Under the pieces are notes generated by a model. It searched no databases. It saw nothing but the letters and a program-made list of their open reading frames with translations, and was not told the DNA's origin. Positions 1 to 10,066 of a stretch of DNA of 64,000 nt are shown here, one piece after another. The DNA comes from an uncultured Planctomycetota bacterium. Its GTDB lineage: Bacteria > Planctomycetota > Planctomycetia > Gemmatales > Gemmataceae. How positions within the stretch are numbered: position 1 is the first letter of the stretch; each line of letters begins with the position of its first letter. A program made the position numbers and the translations under genes. The stretch is taken from positions 320,001-384,000 of the forward strand of contig CAWKHF010000002.1 of the NCBI GenBank assembly GCA_963849325.1, read 5' to 3'.

Positions 1-162
1 CACTTCGACGCCCGCCTCCGCGCCGCCCGGCTCTACGAGCGCTACCAGAGCGAACGCAGCCACGCCATCGAGATCTACAAGGAGATCACCACGCACGAGA
101 CCGATCCCAAGCGCATCGAGGAAGCGCAGAAGCGGCTGACGGAATTGAGCGGCAAAAAGTGA
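1..162 (+). CDS. 3' end of a helical (TPR-like) protein, partial
   Basis: Frame 1 is open from the window edge: HFDARLRAARLYERYQSERSHAIEIYKEI...ELSGKK, stop TGA 160-162. Confidence 0.6.
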   Translation, partial: HFDARLRAARLYERYQSERSHAIEIYKEITTHETDPKRIEEAQKRLTELSGKK

Positions 163-169
163 CGAGGTT

Positions 170-185
170 GAGCCGCTTGCGGCTT
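170..185. repeat. REP-like palindrome family C (AGCCGCttGCGGCT), single unit
   Basis: Same unit recurs at 14979, 24021/24051 and 31067/31088. Confidence 0.7.
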
Positions 186-272
186 AGCGTCCAGCCGCGC
201 GCTTCATCCAATCACCGCCCAGTCCTCGTCATCCGTCAACGGCTCATGCCCAATCCATACTTTAACAATAGT

Positions 273-785
273 TCATTTGGGGGTGGGGAGGACGAGGCTA
301 CTCGTACTGAGGCACCAAGGGTAGGGCCCAGTAGCGCTCGAAGTCGCAGGAGGGGAGGGCACCACCGCGCGGCTCGTCGCCGGAGCGACCGCCTTGAAAC
401 GACCGTTCCATACATCGTCCTTGCTGTTCACCTCGTGACACTTCAGATCGCGGATAATTAACGCCCCCTCGTCGATGCGAAAGCGGCAGCTGAACGGCGC
501 GTCGAAGAACGGTCGAGCGGAATCGTCGTCTTCCTCGTATTCGAGGCTGGTGACGACGCCGTAAAGAACGCCGTCCTTGGTCATGCTGTAGTCGGCGTGG
601 AGGGTGCAGGGCTGTTCGCCGACGAACGCGGCGTGCAGCCGATTGTCCTCGACGATCAGGGTGACGTGACTCTTGCCGATCTTGCGTTCCCACTTGCCGA
701 TCGGCTTGGGAATCTGCTGCGCGTGCAAGGCGCCCAGGCTCGCCAACCAGACCGCCAGCGTCAGGGTGAGTTTCGCCATCGCCAT
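273..785 (-). CDS. Secreted hypothetical protein
   Basis: Signal peptide ending ALHA-Q, GAAGGAGG RBS upstream, beta-rich body. Confidence 0.75.
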   Translation of the reverse strand: MAMAKLTLTLAVWLASLGALHAQQIPKPIGKWERKIGKSHVTLIVEDNRLHAAFVGEQPCTLHADYSMTKDGVLYGVVTSLEYEEDDDSARPFFDAPFSCRFRIDEGALIIRDLKCHEVNSKDDVWNGRFKAVAPATSRAVVPSPPATSSATGPYPWCLSTSSLVLPTPK

Positions 786-860
786 GCCTCCTTCTGGGGG
801 ACCGGATCAAACCGGGCGGGAGGTTACGGAGTCGGCGGACGAAAAGCAAGGCGGACTCGG

Positions 861-1263
861 TCACGGTTTATCGGCCTGGGTCGTTAGCGCGTCGAGGACG
901 TTTTCGACGCCCTCGGTGGTACGGGCCAATTGCACGGCCCGGATGCGCTGCGCGAGGTCGGTCACGCTGCCGCGCAGCTCGACCACGCCTGGCCCGACCG
1001 TCCGCACCTGCACGTCGGACCCGCTCATGTCCTTGTCCCAACGCAACCGCACGCGCGACACGGCTATCCGGGCTTGATTCGCTAACGCAGCCGCGTACCG
1101 CGCCCCAGCCGTTGTGCAGTCGGCCGCGAATGCCCTCCGTGAGGCCGTCGAACTTGGCGGCAGTCCGATGGCAGACGCGCGCCAGCCGGTCGGCATCCTG
1201 ACTGCAACCGCAAGCCGCCAACGTCAACCCGAGGACCAGCCCCACTTTGCCGTGTCCGCCCAT
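861..1263 (-). CDS. BON-domain lipoprotein (one frameshift near 1060)
   Basis: Lipobox LAACGC in ORF 868..1281; BON motif VELRGSV...RAVQLARTTEGVENVLDAL in ORF 861..1196. Confidence 0.8.
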
Positions 1264-1359
1264 CTTGCGCACTCCTGGCACCGAGTCCTGATTCGCCGCC
1301 CAGCGGTGCCGAGTATGGCGCGGCAGGCGACGGCAGACAAGGGCAGAACAGAGGCCACG

Positions 1360-1433
1360 TCCGAGCCTGAAGCGTAAGCGAAGTCACGACAACCGAAGGT
1401 TATCGTTCTCTTCGCTTACGCTTCAGGCTCGGA
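1360..1433. repeat. REP-like inverted repeat family A (TCCGAGCCTGAAGCGTAAGCGAAG)
   Basis: Perfect 24-bp arms 1360-1383 and 1410-1433; 4 copies in the window. Confidence 0.9.
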
Positions 1434-1495
1434 GGAGCTTGACAGTCCGCCCCCTCGCCCGCCATGCTGAGGGCGTCCTGCACGGGAGGTTTACC

Positions 1496-1861
1496 ATGAG
1501 CAAGCCAGACCTCAAGGTCTACGCCGAGTCCGACATCCCGGCCCTGCTCCAGGAACGGCACCTGGACGGCTGGTATCTGGAAGACGGTTGGCTGCGGCGC
1601 AAGTACAACACCGACGGTTGGCCGACGACGCTGATGCTGGTCAACGCCATCGGCTACCTGTGTGAGGCGGCGTACCACCACGCCGACTTGAGCGTCACCT
1701 GGGGCAAACTGTGGGTGAAGCTGAAGACGCACTCGGCGGGCGGCATTACCGACAAGGATTTCGCCCTCGCTCAGAAGATCGAGGAAGTCGCACTATGGCG
1801 GCCGCAGCCGGGCGGCCCGCTCGAAGGAACGCCGCACCCGTTCGTCCACAGTAAGAAATGA
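1496..1861 (+). CDS. Pterin-4-alpha-carbinolamine dehydratase family protein
   Basis: EAAYHHADL...LKTHSAGGITDKDFALA motif; GGGAGG RBS before ATG 1496. Confidence 0.9.
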   Translation: MSKPDLKVYAESDIPALLQERHLDGWYLEDGWLRRKYNTDGWPTTLMLVNAIGYLCEAAYHHADLSVTWGKLWVKLKTHSAGGITDKDFALAQKIEEVALWRPQPGGPLEGTPHPFVHSKK

Positions 1862-1885
1862 TTCGCCGCTGGCGGCGAGAAAGCC

Positions 1886-2931
1886 ATGCTCAAGGTTGGT
1901 TCCCTGGAATTGCCCTCGCGTTACTTGCTGGCGCCTCTGGCCGGCTACACGAACCTGTCGTTCCGCCTGGCGGTGCGCGCCTGGGCGGACTCGGCCTGGC
2001 GACGACCGACCTCGTCAACGCCCGCGCTCTGCTGCAAGCCAGCCGCAAGACGATGGAGTTGATCCAGACCTGTCCCGAGGACCGGCCGGTGGCCGTGCAG
2101 ATTTACGGAACCAACGCCATCGAGATGCGCGACGCCGCCAGCTGGCTCGAAGACTACGGCGTTTCGGCGGTGGACATCAACATGGGCTGCCCGGTCCACA
2201 AGGTCGTTCGCGGCGGCGGCGGCTCGGCCATGATGTGCGATGCCGTCAACACCATCGAGCTGGTCCGCACCATCGTCGAGGGCGTGCGCCTGCCGGTGAC
2301 GGTCAAGATGCGCCTGGGCTGGGACGACGACAATCTGAGTGCTCCGTTCTTCGCCCGCGAGTTCGAGAAGGTCGGCGTCGCCGCCGTGACCATCCACGGT
2401 CGCACTCGCGCCCAGGGCTTTCGCGGCGGCGTCAACCTCGACGGCATCCGGGCCGTGGTCGAGGCGGTCCAGCGCATTCCCATCCTCGGCAACGGCGATG
2501 TGCGCACCCTCGCCGACGCCGAGCATATGCGTCGGACGACCGGCTGCGCCGGCGTGGCCATCGGCCGCGGCGCCCTGCTCAATCCGTGGATCTTCACTCA
2601 GCTTCAGCGTCAGGAGGCGACCGGCGCGGCGGGACCGCCGGCGACCTATCGGCAGCGGCTGGAGTTCATGGATCGTCACTTCCATTTGCTGGTCGAACAT
2701 CGCGGCGAACGCTTCGCCTGCCTGACCTTCCGCAAGGTGGCCAACTGGTATTGCCGCGTGCTGCGGCCGGGGCGCGACATTCAGCAACGTCTGATGGTGA
2801 TCGAGAGCGTGAAGGCATTCGAGCGGATCGTCGAGCAAATCGGCGATCTTCTGGAGCATCGCACCGGCCAGGATTGGCCCGACGCGGAGCTTCCCGTCCG
2901 CGTTCCGAGTGGCCCCGTCGAGCGCTGGTGA
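1886..2931 (+). CDS. dusB: tRNA-dihydrouridine synthase (frameshift near 1980)
   Basis: LAPLAGYTN N-terminus from ATG 1886, DINMGCP, TVKMRLGWD, IHGRTR, NGDV motifs. Confidence 0.9.
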
Positions 2932-2933
2932 GA

Positions 2934-3680
2934 TCAAACGCTCGGCGCTTCCAGAACGCGGCGCCATCGCTCCGGCACGCTGCGGAAGGCGCCTTGATAG
3001 GTGACTTCCAGAGGCGTCGGGACGTAGCGACCCGGCGCGAAGAACAACGGCATGTCGGGCAGCGCGTCGCCAACGGCGATCGGCTCGACGTAGGCCGTTT
3101 TCGTTAATCCCGCATGGTAGGCGGCCAGCGTCAGCGGTTTGTCGGCGGGCCGGCGATAGGAATCGTCCTCGATTTCCTCCCAGATCGATCCGTGAATGCC
3201 CTGCGGATCGCGCGGACCGGACGGCTGCAGATCGAGGATGAGCAAATGATAGCCGCGTAAGAGGGTCTCGGCCGCCTTCTCCACGAACGAGCGCAGTCGG
3301 TGACGACTGGCCTTGTTCCCCGGTGAAACGATCTCCACCATCGCCACGATCCGATCGCCGCTGCTGTGGCGCACGATCAGTGTGCTCTGTTTCTGTGTGT
3401 ACCGCTCCATCTCTGTTTGCGCGATGAAATGCACACGCGGCGGTGCCACTTCCGTGGTTACGCCCCCAGCCGCTTCCTCGGGGTCCGGTCCGATAGCAGG
3501 CGAATCGAATTGCAAGGCTAGGACATCCGGGCCGGCATCCCCCGCGATTTGCTCGCCGAGGGCGTAGTAATTCGACGGCAGCAATCCGTCGTTGAGGGCG
3601 TCGGCGATCTGACCAATCCAACGATTATGAAAATGGTGAAAAATGCCGGCGTTAACGCGGGTCCAGTCGTGAACGGGCAT
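2934..3680 (-). CDS. DUF4058-family protein (Uma2/restriction-endonuclease-like fold)
   Basis: MPVHDWTRVNAGIFHHFH start, PDV and VEIVSPGNK motifs, LPDMPLF C-terminal motif. Confidence 0.8.
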   Translation of the reverse strand: MPVHDWTRVNAGIFHHFHNRWIGQIADALNDGLLPSNYYALGEQIAGDAGPDVLALQFDSPAIGPDPEEAAGGVTTEVAPPRVHFIAQTEMERYTQKQSTLIVRHSSGDRIVAMVEIVSPGNKASRHRLRSFVEKAAETLLRGYHLLILDLQPSGPRDPQGIHGSIWEEIEDDSYRRPADKPLTLAAYHAGLTKTAYVEPIAVGDALPDMPLFFAPGRYVPTPLEVTYQGAFRSVPERWRRVLEAPSV

Positions 3681-3845
3681 GGCTCCTCCTCCTCGGGTGA
3701 TCCCGTTTGACTCTGCCTTCCGAGATTATACACCTCGCCCGCTCGTCGCCCCAAAAGGGTTGTGACCGATCCGCCGCCGGAGTATCTTGTCAATGTGTCC
3801 TCCGGCGCTCCCTATCTCCGCGACGACCTCCCAGAGGAACGTATC

Positions 3846-4049
3846 ATGAGTAGCGAAGTTTCCGTCGATCGCCAGCAGCAGAAGGTCACTGAATTCTTGC
3901 GTCTGCTGCCCTTGACCATGGAAATCGCCGGCCTGCCGAAGTCGGAGCTGGGCCGGCACTTCAACGACGGCCAAATGGAAGTGCGGGCCTCCACGCTGAA
4001 AATGGCCTACAAATACGCCCGCCAACTCATCCTCGACGTGGCGAAGTGA
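3846..4049 (+). CDS. Small hypothetical protein (67 aa)
   Basis: AGAGGA RBS, ATG 3846, genome-like codon usage. Confidence 0.7.
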   Translation: MSSEVSVDRQQQKVTEFLRLLPLTMEIAGLPKSELGRHFNDGQMEVRASTLKMAYKYARQLILDVAK

Positions 4050-4053
4050 GTAA

Positions 4054-4118
4054 GCCCGCCGATAGTCTTGCGGGCGGCCCGTCCGCAAGACTATCGGCGG
4101 GCGAGACGCCCGCGCTCC
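4054..4118. repeat. Inverted repeat with REP-like GCGGGCGAGACGCCCGCGCTCC unit between convergent genes
   Basis: 20-bp arms 4054-4073 and 4083-4102. Confidence 0.75.
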
Positions 4119-4144
4119 GCGTCGGGGTGAAACGGATGGGCGCC

Positions 4145-5246
4145 TCAAAAGATGACGCGGAATTTCGCCACGGCATCGGCATCGACCTCCAGGCCAAGGC
4201 CGGGCCGCGGCGGCGGCACCAGGCGTCCCTGCTCGATTCGCGGCGGCGCCGTGAACAGCGGATACAGCCACGGCATGTACTCCACGCTGGTCACGGCCGG
4301 CAGACCGCAGGCCAGGTGGACGCCGACCTCCGGCAGCAGGTGCGGCGACAACGGCCGATGATGCAGTTCGGCCAGGACCGCCACCTTCAGCCAACCCGTC
4401 AAACCGCCTAGCCGCGTCACGTCCGGCTGCACCACGGCCAGGGCGTCGCGCTCCAGGTACGAGCGAAATTCGTCGAGTCCAAACAGCATCTCGCCGCCGG
4501 CGATGGCAATTTCCAGTTTCGACGCCAGCCGAGCATGGCCATCGCACATCCTCGCAAGTGATCGGCTCCTCGAACCAATCGGCGCCGATCTCCTCCTCGA
4601 AGAAATGACCCATCGCCAGGGCGGTGCCGTAGTCGTAGCGCTCGTTGGCATCGACGCCCAGCCAAACGTCGTCGCCCAGTGCCTCGCGGATTCGCGTCAG
4701 CCGATCGGCGTCCGCCTCGGGGTCGGCGCCGACCTTGACCTTGATGCCCATCATGCCCTGGTCGAGGTACGGCCGCGAGGCGTCGAGGATCTGCTCGGGA
4801 CTCATCCACAGCCAGGCCGTGTCCGAGCCGTAGGCCGGGGCCGACTCGCGGGCGCCGCCGAGCAGCTTGTACAGCGGCAGGCTGGCCGCCTTGCCCTTGA
4901 GGTCCCACAGGGCCACGTCGATCGCCGAGTACGCCTGCTGTACCAGGCCGCGCCGGCCGACCGTCTGCAAGCGCCAGTACACCTTCGCCGCCAGCCGTTC
5001 GTGGTCCAGGGCGTCCTCGCCGACGACCAGCGGGGCCAGGTCGTCCTCGGCGATCGCCAGCAGTGCCCGGCCACTGCCCTGCAGGGCGTAGGCGAAGCCA
5101 AGTCCGCTCAGACCCGCGTCCGTGTGGACGTGGACGAGCAGGACGACGATGTGGTTGAGCCGGCCCGCGGCGGCCTCGGTCGGCGAGGCGCGCGGCCGGG
5201 ACAGCGGGACGTGCAAAAGCTGATTATCAACTCGGACGATCCGCAT
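4145..5246 (-). CDS. Mandelate racemase/muconate lactonizing enzyme family (frameshift near 4545)
   Basis: SAIDVALWDLKGK, KVKVG, VDAN, WFEEP, GGE, QPDVTRLGG motifs. Confidence 0.9.
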
Positions 5247-5259
5247 GGTCTCTCATTCC

Positions 5260-7230
5260 TCAGCCTTGATTCGCGGGTTCACTTCCCCGAAGGGGTCCAG
5301 GTTGGCGGGGGCATCGGGGGCGAGCGGCAGTAAGCCTTTGTCGGCCGGGGCACCGTCCGCCAAAATCGAACGCGGGGATCAGCCCGCGCAGCCGCTGGCC
5401 GACGACACTGTGCGGCCGGCCGTAACTGAAGTAGATCACCAGTCCAACCACCAGCCAGACCACCAGACGAATCCACGTATCCAGCGGCAAGAACAACATC
5501 ATAATCAAGTTGACGACGATGCCGAGCGGGCCGACCACGAACAACAGCGGCGTGCGGAACGGCCGCACCGCGTTCGGCCGGCGGATGCGCAGGAGCAGGA
5601 CAGCGGCGCAGACGATGACGAAGGCCATCAGCGTGCCGATGTTGACCATCTCCTCCAGCTTGGTGATGGGCGTGAAGGCGGCCACCAGCGAGATGAGGCC
5701 GCCGGTCAACATGGTCGAGCGGTGCGGCGTACGGAAGCGCGGATGGATGGCGGCGAAGATGCCCGGCGGCAGCAGGCGATCGCGGGCCATGGCCAGGAAG
5801 ATGCGCGCCTGGCTGAGAAAGGTAATCATCAGCACGCTGGTCATGCCGGCCAGGGCGCCGACGGAGATGAGCAGGGCGGCCCAGCGCAGGAAGCCGGCGT
5901 TGGCTTGCCCCGCCGCCTTCTGTCGAAACGCCGCCGCCACTGCCGCCTCGGAGCTGATCTCCGGGTACGGCACCATGCCGGTGATGACCGCGGCCACGCC
6001 GATGTACAGCACCGTACACAGCACCAGCGAAGCGAGGATGGCGATGGGCACGTCGCGCTGCGGCCGCTGTGCCTCCTCGGAGTGCGTCGAGATGGCGTCG
6101 AAACCGATGTAGGCGAAGAACACGATCGACGCCCCGAAAATGATGCCGGCCAGACCGTAGGGCATGAACGGCGAACGCACCGAGTCGTCGATCGACTCCA
6201 GACGCTGGTTCAGCCCCATCAGGCCGAGGATGCCCCATTTTTCCGTCGATTTCTCCGGGGCCTTCTCCTTGGCCCCGGCCAACACCTTCGCCACCAGCGC
6301 CTTGTCGTCGTCGTTTCTGCGGCAGGGCGGGTCCGTAAACCGTCTCCGCCTGCTGAACCATCTCGGCGGCCTTCTCCGCGGTGTGCTTGTGTTCGGTCAG
6401 CATGTGCTCGGCCACCTTCTTGCGGAGGGCCAGCTTGTAGACGGCGAAGCGCCTGGCTCGGCGATCTGCTGCGTCCGTTGCTTGGCCGCCTCGCCCTGCA
6501 AATGTTCCTCCTTCTCCACGACCTCCTTGGCCTGCGCCGAGATCAGCAATTCCTCCGGCAGCACGCGATCCGTGACCGGCACCTCGGTCCAGTTGCGGCG
6601 TGCTGACGAAGCCGATGCCGGCGGCGAGGACGAACAGCACCACGCCGACCTTGACGGCCACCAGCACGGCGTTGGTGGTGGCGCTCTCGCGGATGCCGAT
6701 GACGAGGATGACCGTCACGGCCAGAGTGATGAGCAGGGCCGGCAGATTGAACCAGGCACCGGCGGTGGAGAACGGGTCCGCAGCACAAGTGGGCCGGTAC
6801 CTGCAAGCCGAAAAAGAGCAGAAATTCATTGAGGTATTTCGACCACGACGCGGCGACGCAGGCGCAGGCCATGGCGTATTCGAGGACCAGATCCCAGCCG
6901 ATGATCCAGGCGAACAGCTCGCCGAGCGTGGCGTAGGCGTAGGTGTAGGCGCTGCCGGCGACCGGGGCCATGGAGGCGAACTCGGCGTAGCAGAGGGCGG
7001 CGAACAGACAGCCGATGCCGGCCACGACGAACGACAGCACGACGGCCGGACCCGGCGTCCTGGGCGGCGACGCGGCCGGTCATGACGAAGATGCCGGCGC
7101 CGATGATGGCGCCGACGCCCAGCGCGGTCAGGGAGATCGGACCGAGCACGCGGCGCAGGCGGTTCTCGCCCTCGACCTCCGCCTGCAGCATCTCCAGCGA
7201 TTTCGTGGCGAACAGTTGTTTCCAGAACAT
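5260..7230 (-). CDS. APC-family amino acid permease with large loop insertion (several frameshifts)
   Basis: GAIIGAGIF, ALCYAEFASMAPVAGSAYTY, FFAYIGFDA, RIFLAMARDRLLP motifs over three frames. Confidence 0.9.
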
Positions 7231-7243
7231 GGAATCCCTCTCG

Positions 7244-7332
7244 GTTTGACCCGTTCGTTTAGCCGCGACGCGCAGCGGAGCGCGAGGCTGTCGCACTCCG
7301 CTGCGCGTCGCGGCTAAACGAACGGGTCAAAC
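7244..7332. repeat. REP-like inverted repeat family B (GTTTAGCCGCGACGCGCAGCGGAG)
   Basis: 37-bp perfect arms 7244-7280 and 7296-7332; contains the dtd stop codon. Confidence 0.9.
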
Positions 7333-7774
7333 GTCCTTCGTATCGAGGATCAGAGTCACCGGCCCCTCGTTGACCAGCTCCACCTGCATCATCGCCCCGA
7401 AGCGGCCGGTCGCCACCGGCAGCCCGAGGGCGCGCACCGCGTTGACAAACGCCTCGTACAAGCGGCACGGCGATCTCCGGCGGAGCGGCGCCGACGAAAC
7501 TCGGCCGCCGGCCCTTGCGGCAGTCGCCGTACAGCGTGAACTGACTGACGACCAGCACGCCGCCGCCGACGTCGGCCACGCCGAGGTTCATCTTGCCGTC
7601 GTCGTCGTTGAAGATGCGCAGGCCGACCACCTTCTCCGCCAGCCATTGCACGTCGGCCGCCGTGTCGGTCGGGGCCACGCCCAGCAGCACGAGCAGGCCA
7701 CGCTCGATGGCGCCGAGCGTCTCGCCGTCGATGACGACGGCGGCCCGGCTGACGCGCTGCAAGACGGCTCGCAT
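7327..7774 (-). CDS. dtd: D-aminoacyl-tRNA deacylase (frameshift near 7460)
   Basis: [17 protein letters not shown] and, in the shifted frame, [12 protein letters not shown]. Confidence 0.95.
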
Positions 7775-7878
7775 GGAGTTCCCCTTCGGTCGATTGAACG
7801 ATGATTATAGCGACGACGGCACGCCGAGGCGCGATCCATTTCCGTTCGCCCAACTTTGACTGTTGAACGACAATAGAA

Positions 7879-9629
7879 ATGTCCGGTCTTCATGTTCTGG
7901 AAATGCTGGAAGACCGCACGTTGTTGTCCGCCGCGCCGGCCGTGTCGTACCTGCAAACGCCCTTGAACTTCCAGGCCAACGTCGGCCAGGCCGATCCCTC
8001 CGCTCAGTTTATCTCGCAGGGCAATGGCTACTCGCTGGCCCTGACCGCCACCGAGGCCACCCTCGCTGTGCTGCCTGTCTCCGCCGCCGCTCCACCGACT
8101 CCCGGCCAGACATCCCCGCCGCCGCCGACGACGCCGACGCTCATGCACATGCAGCTGGTCGGCGGCAACGCTTCGGCGCAGGGCACGGCCCTGGACGAGC
8201 AGACGGCCAAGACCAACTACGAGATCGGCAGCGATCCCAGCCAGTGGCGCATGAACGTGGCCAACTACGGCGAGGTGCAGTACCAGGGTGTCTACCAGGG
8301 GATCAATGTCGTTTACCACGGCAGCAATCAGCAGCAGTTGGAGTACGACTTCACGGTGGCGCCGGCGCCAACGCGAGCCGGATCCAGTTGCAGTTCACGG
8401 GCCAGCAAAGCATGTCCGTGGACGCGCAAGGGGACCTGGTGTTGCACACGGCGGCCGGCGACGTGGTTGAGCAGGCGCCGGTGGCCTACCAGATGATCGA
8501 TGGCGTGCGTCAGGCGGTATCGGTGCGTTACGTGCTGGAGGGGAACGGCCAGGTCGGTTTCGCCGTGGGCAGTTACGACCCTAGCCAGGCGCTGGTGATC
8601 GACCCGGTCCTCAGCTACTCCACCCTCATCGGTGGCAGCGACTTCGACGAGGGCTACGGAATCGCGTTGGACACCTCCGGCAACATCTACATCACCGGCG
8701 CAACCTACTCCTCCTCCTTCCCCGGCACCAACCAGACCAACGCGGGCAACAACGACGCCTTCGTGTCCGAGTTGGTCAGCGCTGCCGTTGTGACGGACGT
8801 GACCACGACGCTGGCGTCCAACAGCACCCTCGGCACCGGGAAGACGGTCACCATCGACGTGGACTTCATCGAGGCGGTCGATGTCAACACCACCGGCGGT
8901 ACGCCGACGCTGGCTCTCAACGATAGCGCGGGCTCGCTGGCCCACTACAGCGGCGGCAGTGGCACCAGCACGCTGCAATTCAGCTTCAGCGTGCCCGCCG
9001 GCGATACCGCCGCTCCGCTCGATTCCACGGGCACCGACGCGCTCGCTCTTAACGGCGGCACCATCACCGATGATCCCTCGGACGGCGACAGCAACGCGGC
9101 CACCCTCACCCTGCCATCTCCGGCGGGAAGCGGAGATGACCTTTACGCGGACAACATCACCATCGACGCCACCACGCCGACGGTGACGAGCGTGAGCACG
9201 ACCACCGCCGCCGGCACCTACGGACCCAACGCCACGGTCAACATCGACGTGAACTTCAGCGAGAACGTCCAGGTCACCGACACACCAACCTTGACGCTCA
9301 ACGACGGCCAGACGGCCAGCTACAGCAGCGGCAGCGGCACGAGTACGCTGGTATTCACCTACACGGTGGCCAAGGGAGACACCACCAACGGCGCCAACCT
9401 CGATTATGCGTCGGCCACGGCGTTGAGCGGCACGATCCACAACGCGGGCGGCGTGGCGGCCACGCGGACGCTGCCGATCCCTGGCTCGGACAGCGACACC
9501 TTCGGCACCACCGGCATCCTCATCGATGCCACCACGCCGACGGTGGCCAGGGTGGCCTCGACGCTACCCAAGCCGAACGGTGACGAAAAAAAGTTTCAAG
9601 AACCTTTTCCTATCCGAAAAGGTTCATGA
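7879..9629 (+). pseudogene. Truncated planctomycete surface protein (SBBP-associated N-domain, one SBBP repeat, Ig-like repeats)
   Basis: LEMLEDRTLLS motif, YQGVYQGI/LEYDF, LVIDPVLSYSTLIGGS, two GTPTL...YSSGSGTSTL.F repeats; homology stops at the start of a third repeat. Confidence 0.7.
9600..9625. repeat. Short inverted repeat GAACCTTTTC-N6-GAAAAGGTTC
   Basis: 10-bp perfect arms at the adhesin breakpoint. Confidence 0.65.
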
Positions 9630-9714
9630 CATTTTCTTTCCTCCGATTGATTCCTCCGGCGTAAAAGAACCGCACAAGAGAGCCACGAAGAACACGAATA
9701 TGAACCACTAAGAT

Positions 9715-9821
9715 TCTGTCCCCTACGGGTTGTGGCGGCACGTTTCCAACGTGCCGGAGGGCCGGAGAATCCAGCAGATCGGCACGTTGAAAACGTGCCG
9801 CCACAACCCGTAGGGGACAGA
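9715..9821. repeat. Long inverted repeat with internally palindromic REP-like arms (GGCACGTTTCCAACGTGCC)
   Basis: 42-bp arms 9715-9756 and 9780-9821, one mismatch. Confidence 0.9.
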
Positions 9822-9834
9822 CTTTAACTTTATG

Positions 9835-9901
9835 GGCGAACGGCCGGCGTAAGCCGGTTGGTGGGCGGGACGTACCAGCCGGCTTACGCCGGCCGTTCGC
9901 C
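9835..9901. repeat. Inverted repeat with CCGGCGTAAGCCGG arms
   Basis: 28-bp arms 9835-9862 and 9874-9901, one mismatch. Confidence 0.85.
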
Positions 9902-9968
9902 ATTTCCGTGGTGAAGATCTTTCCGGCGTAATACGGCCTCGCCGTCGTCCTCTTCGCCAACCTTTGTA

Positions 9969-9998
9969 TTGCGGCTTTCCCCCGACGCGGGCTACAAT
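9969..9998 (+). promoter_or_regulatory. Putative sigma70 promoter of dxr-rseP
   Basis: TTGCGG-N18-TACAAT about 70 nt upstream of dxr. Confidence 0.5.
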
Positions 9999-10066
9999 GC
10001 CTCCCATGCGGACCCTCGGATAAGGAACGTCCCCGCCGCCACCCCTCAGGTGCTTCGTGTCCACGG

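Noticed and set aside
1945-3621. Long antisense or alternative-frame ORFs (also 5245..6606, 19925..21550, 60834..62162)
   Set aside because: Shadow ORFs expected in high-GC DNA opposite well-supported genes; no recognisable motifs
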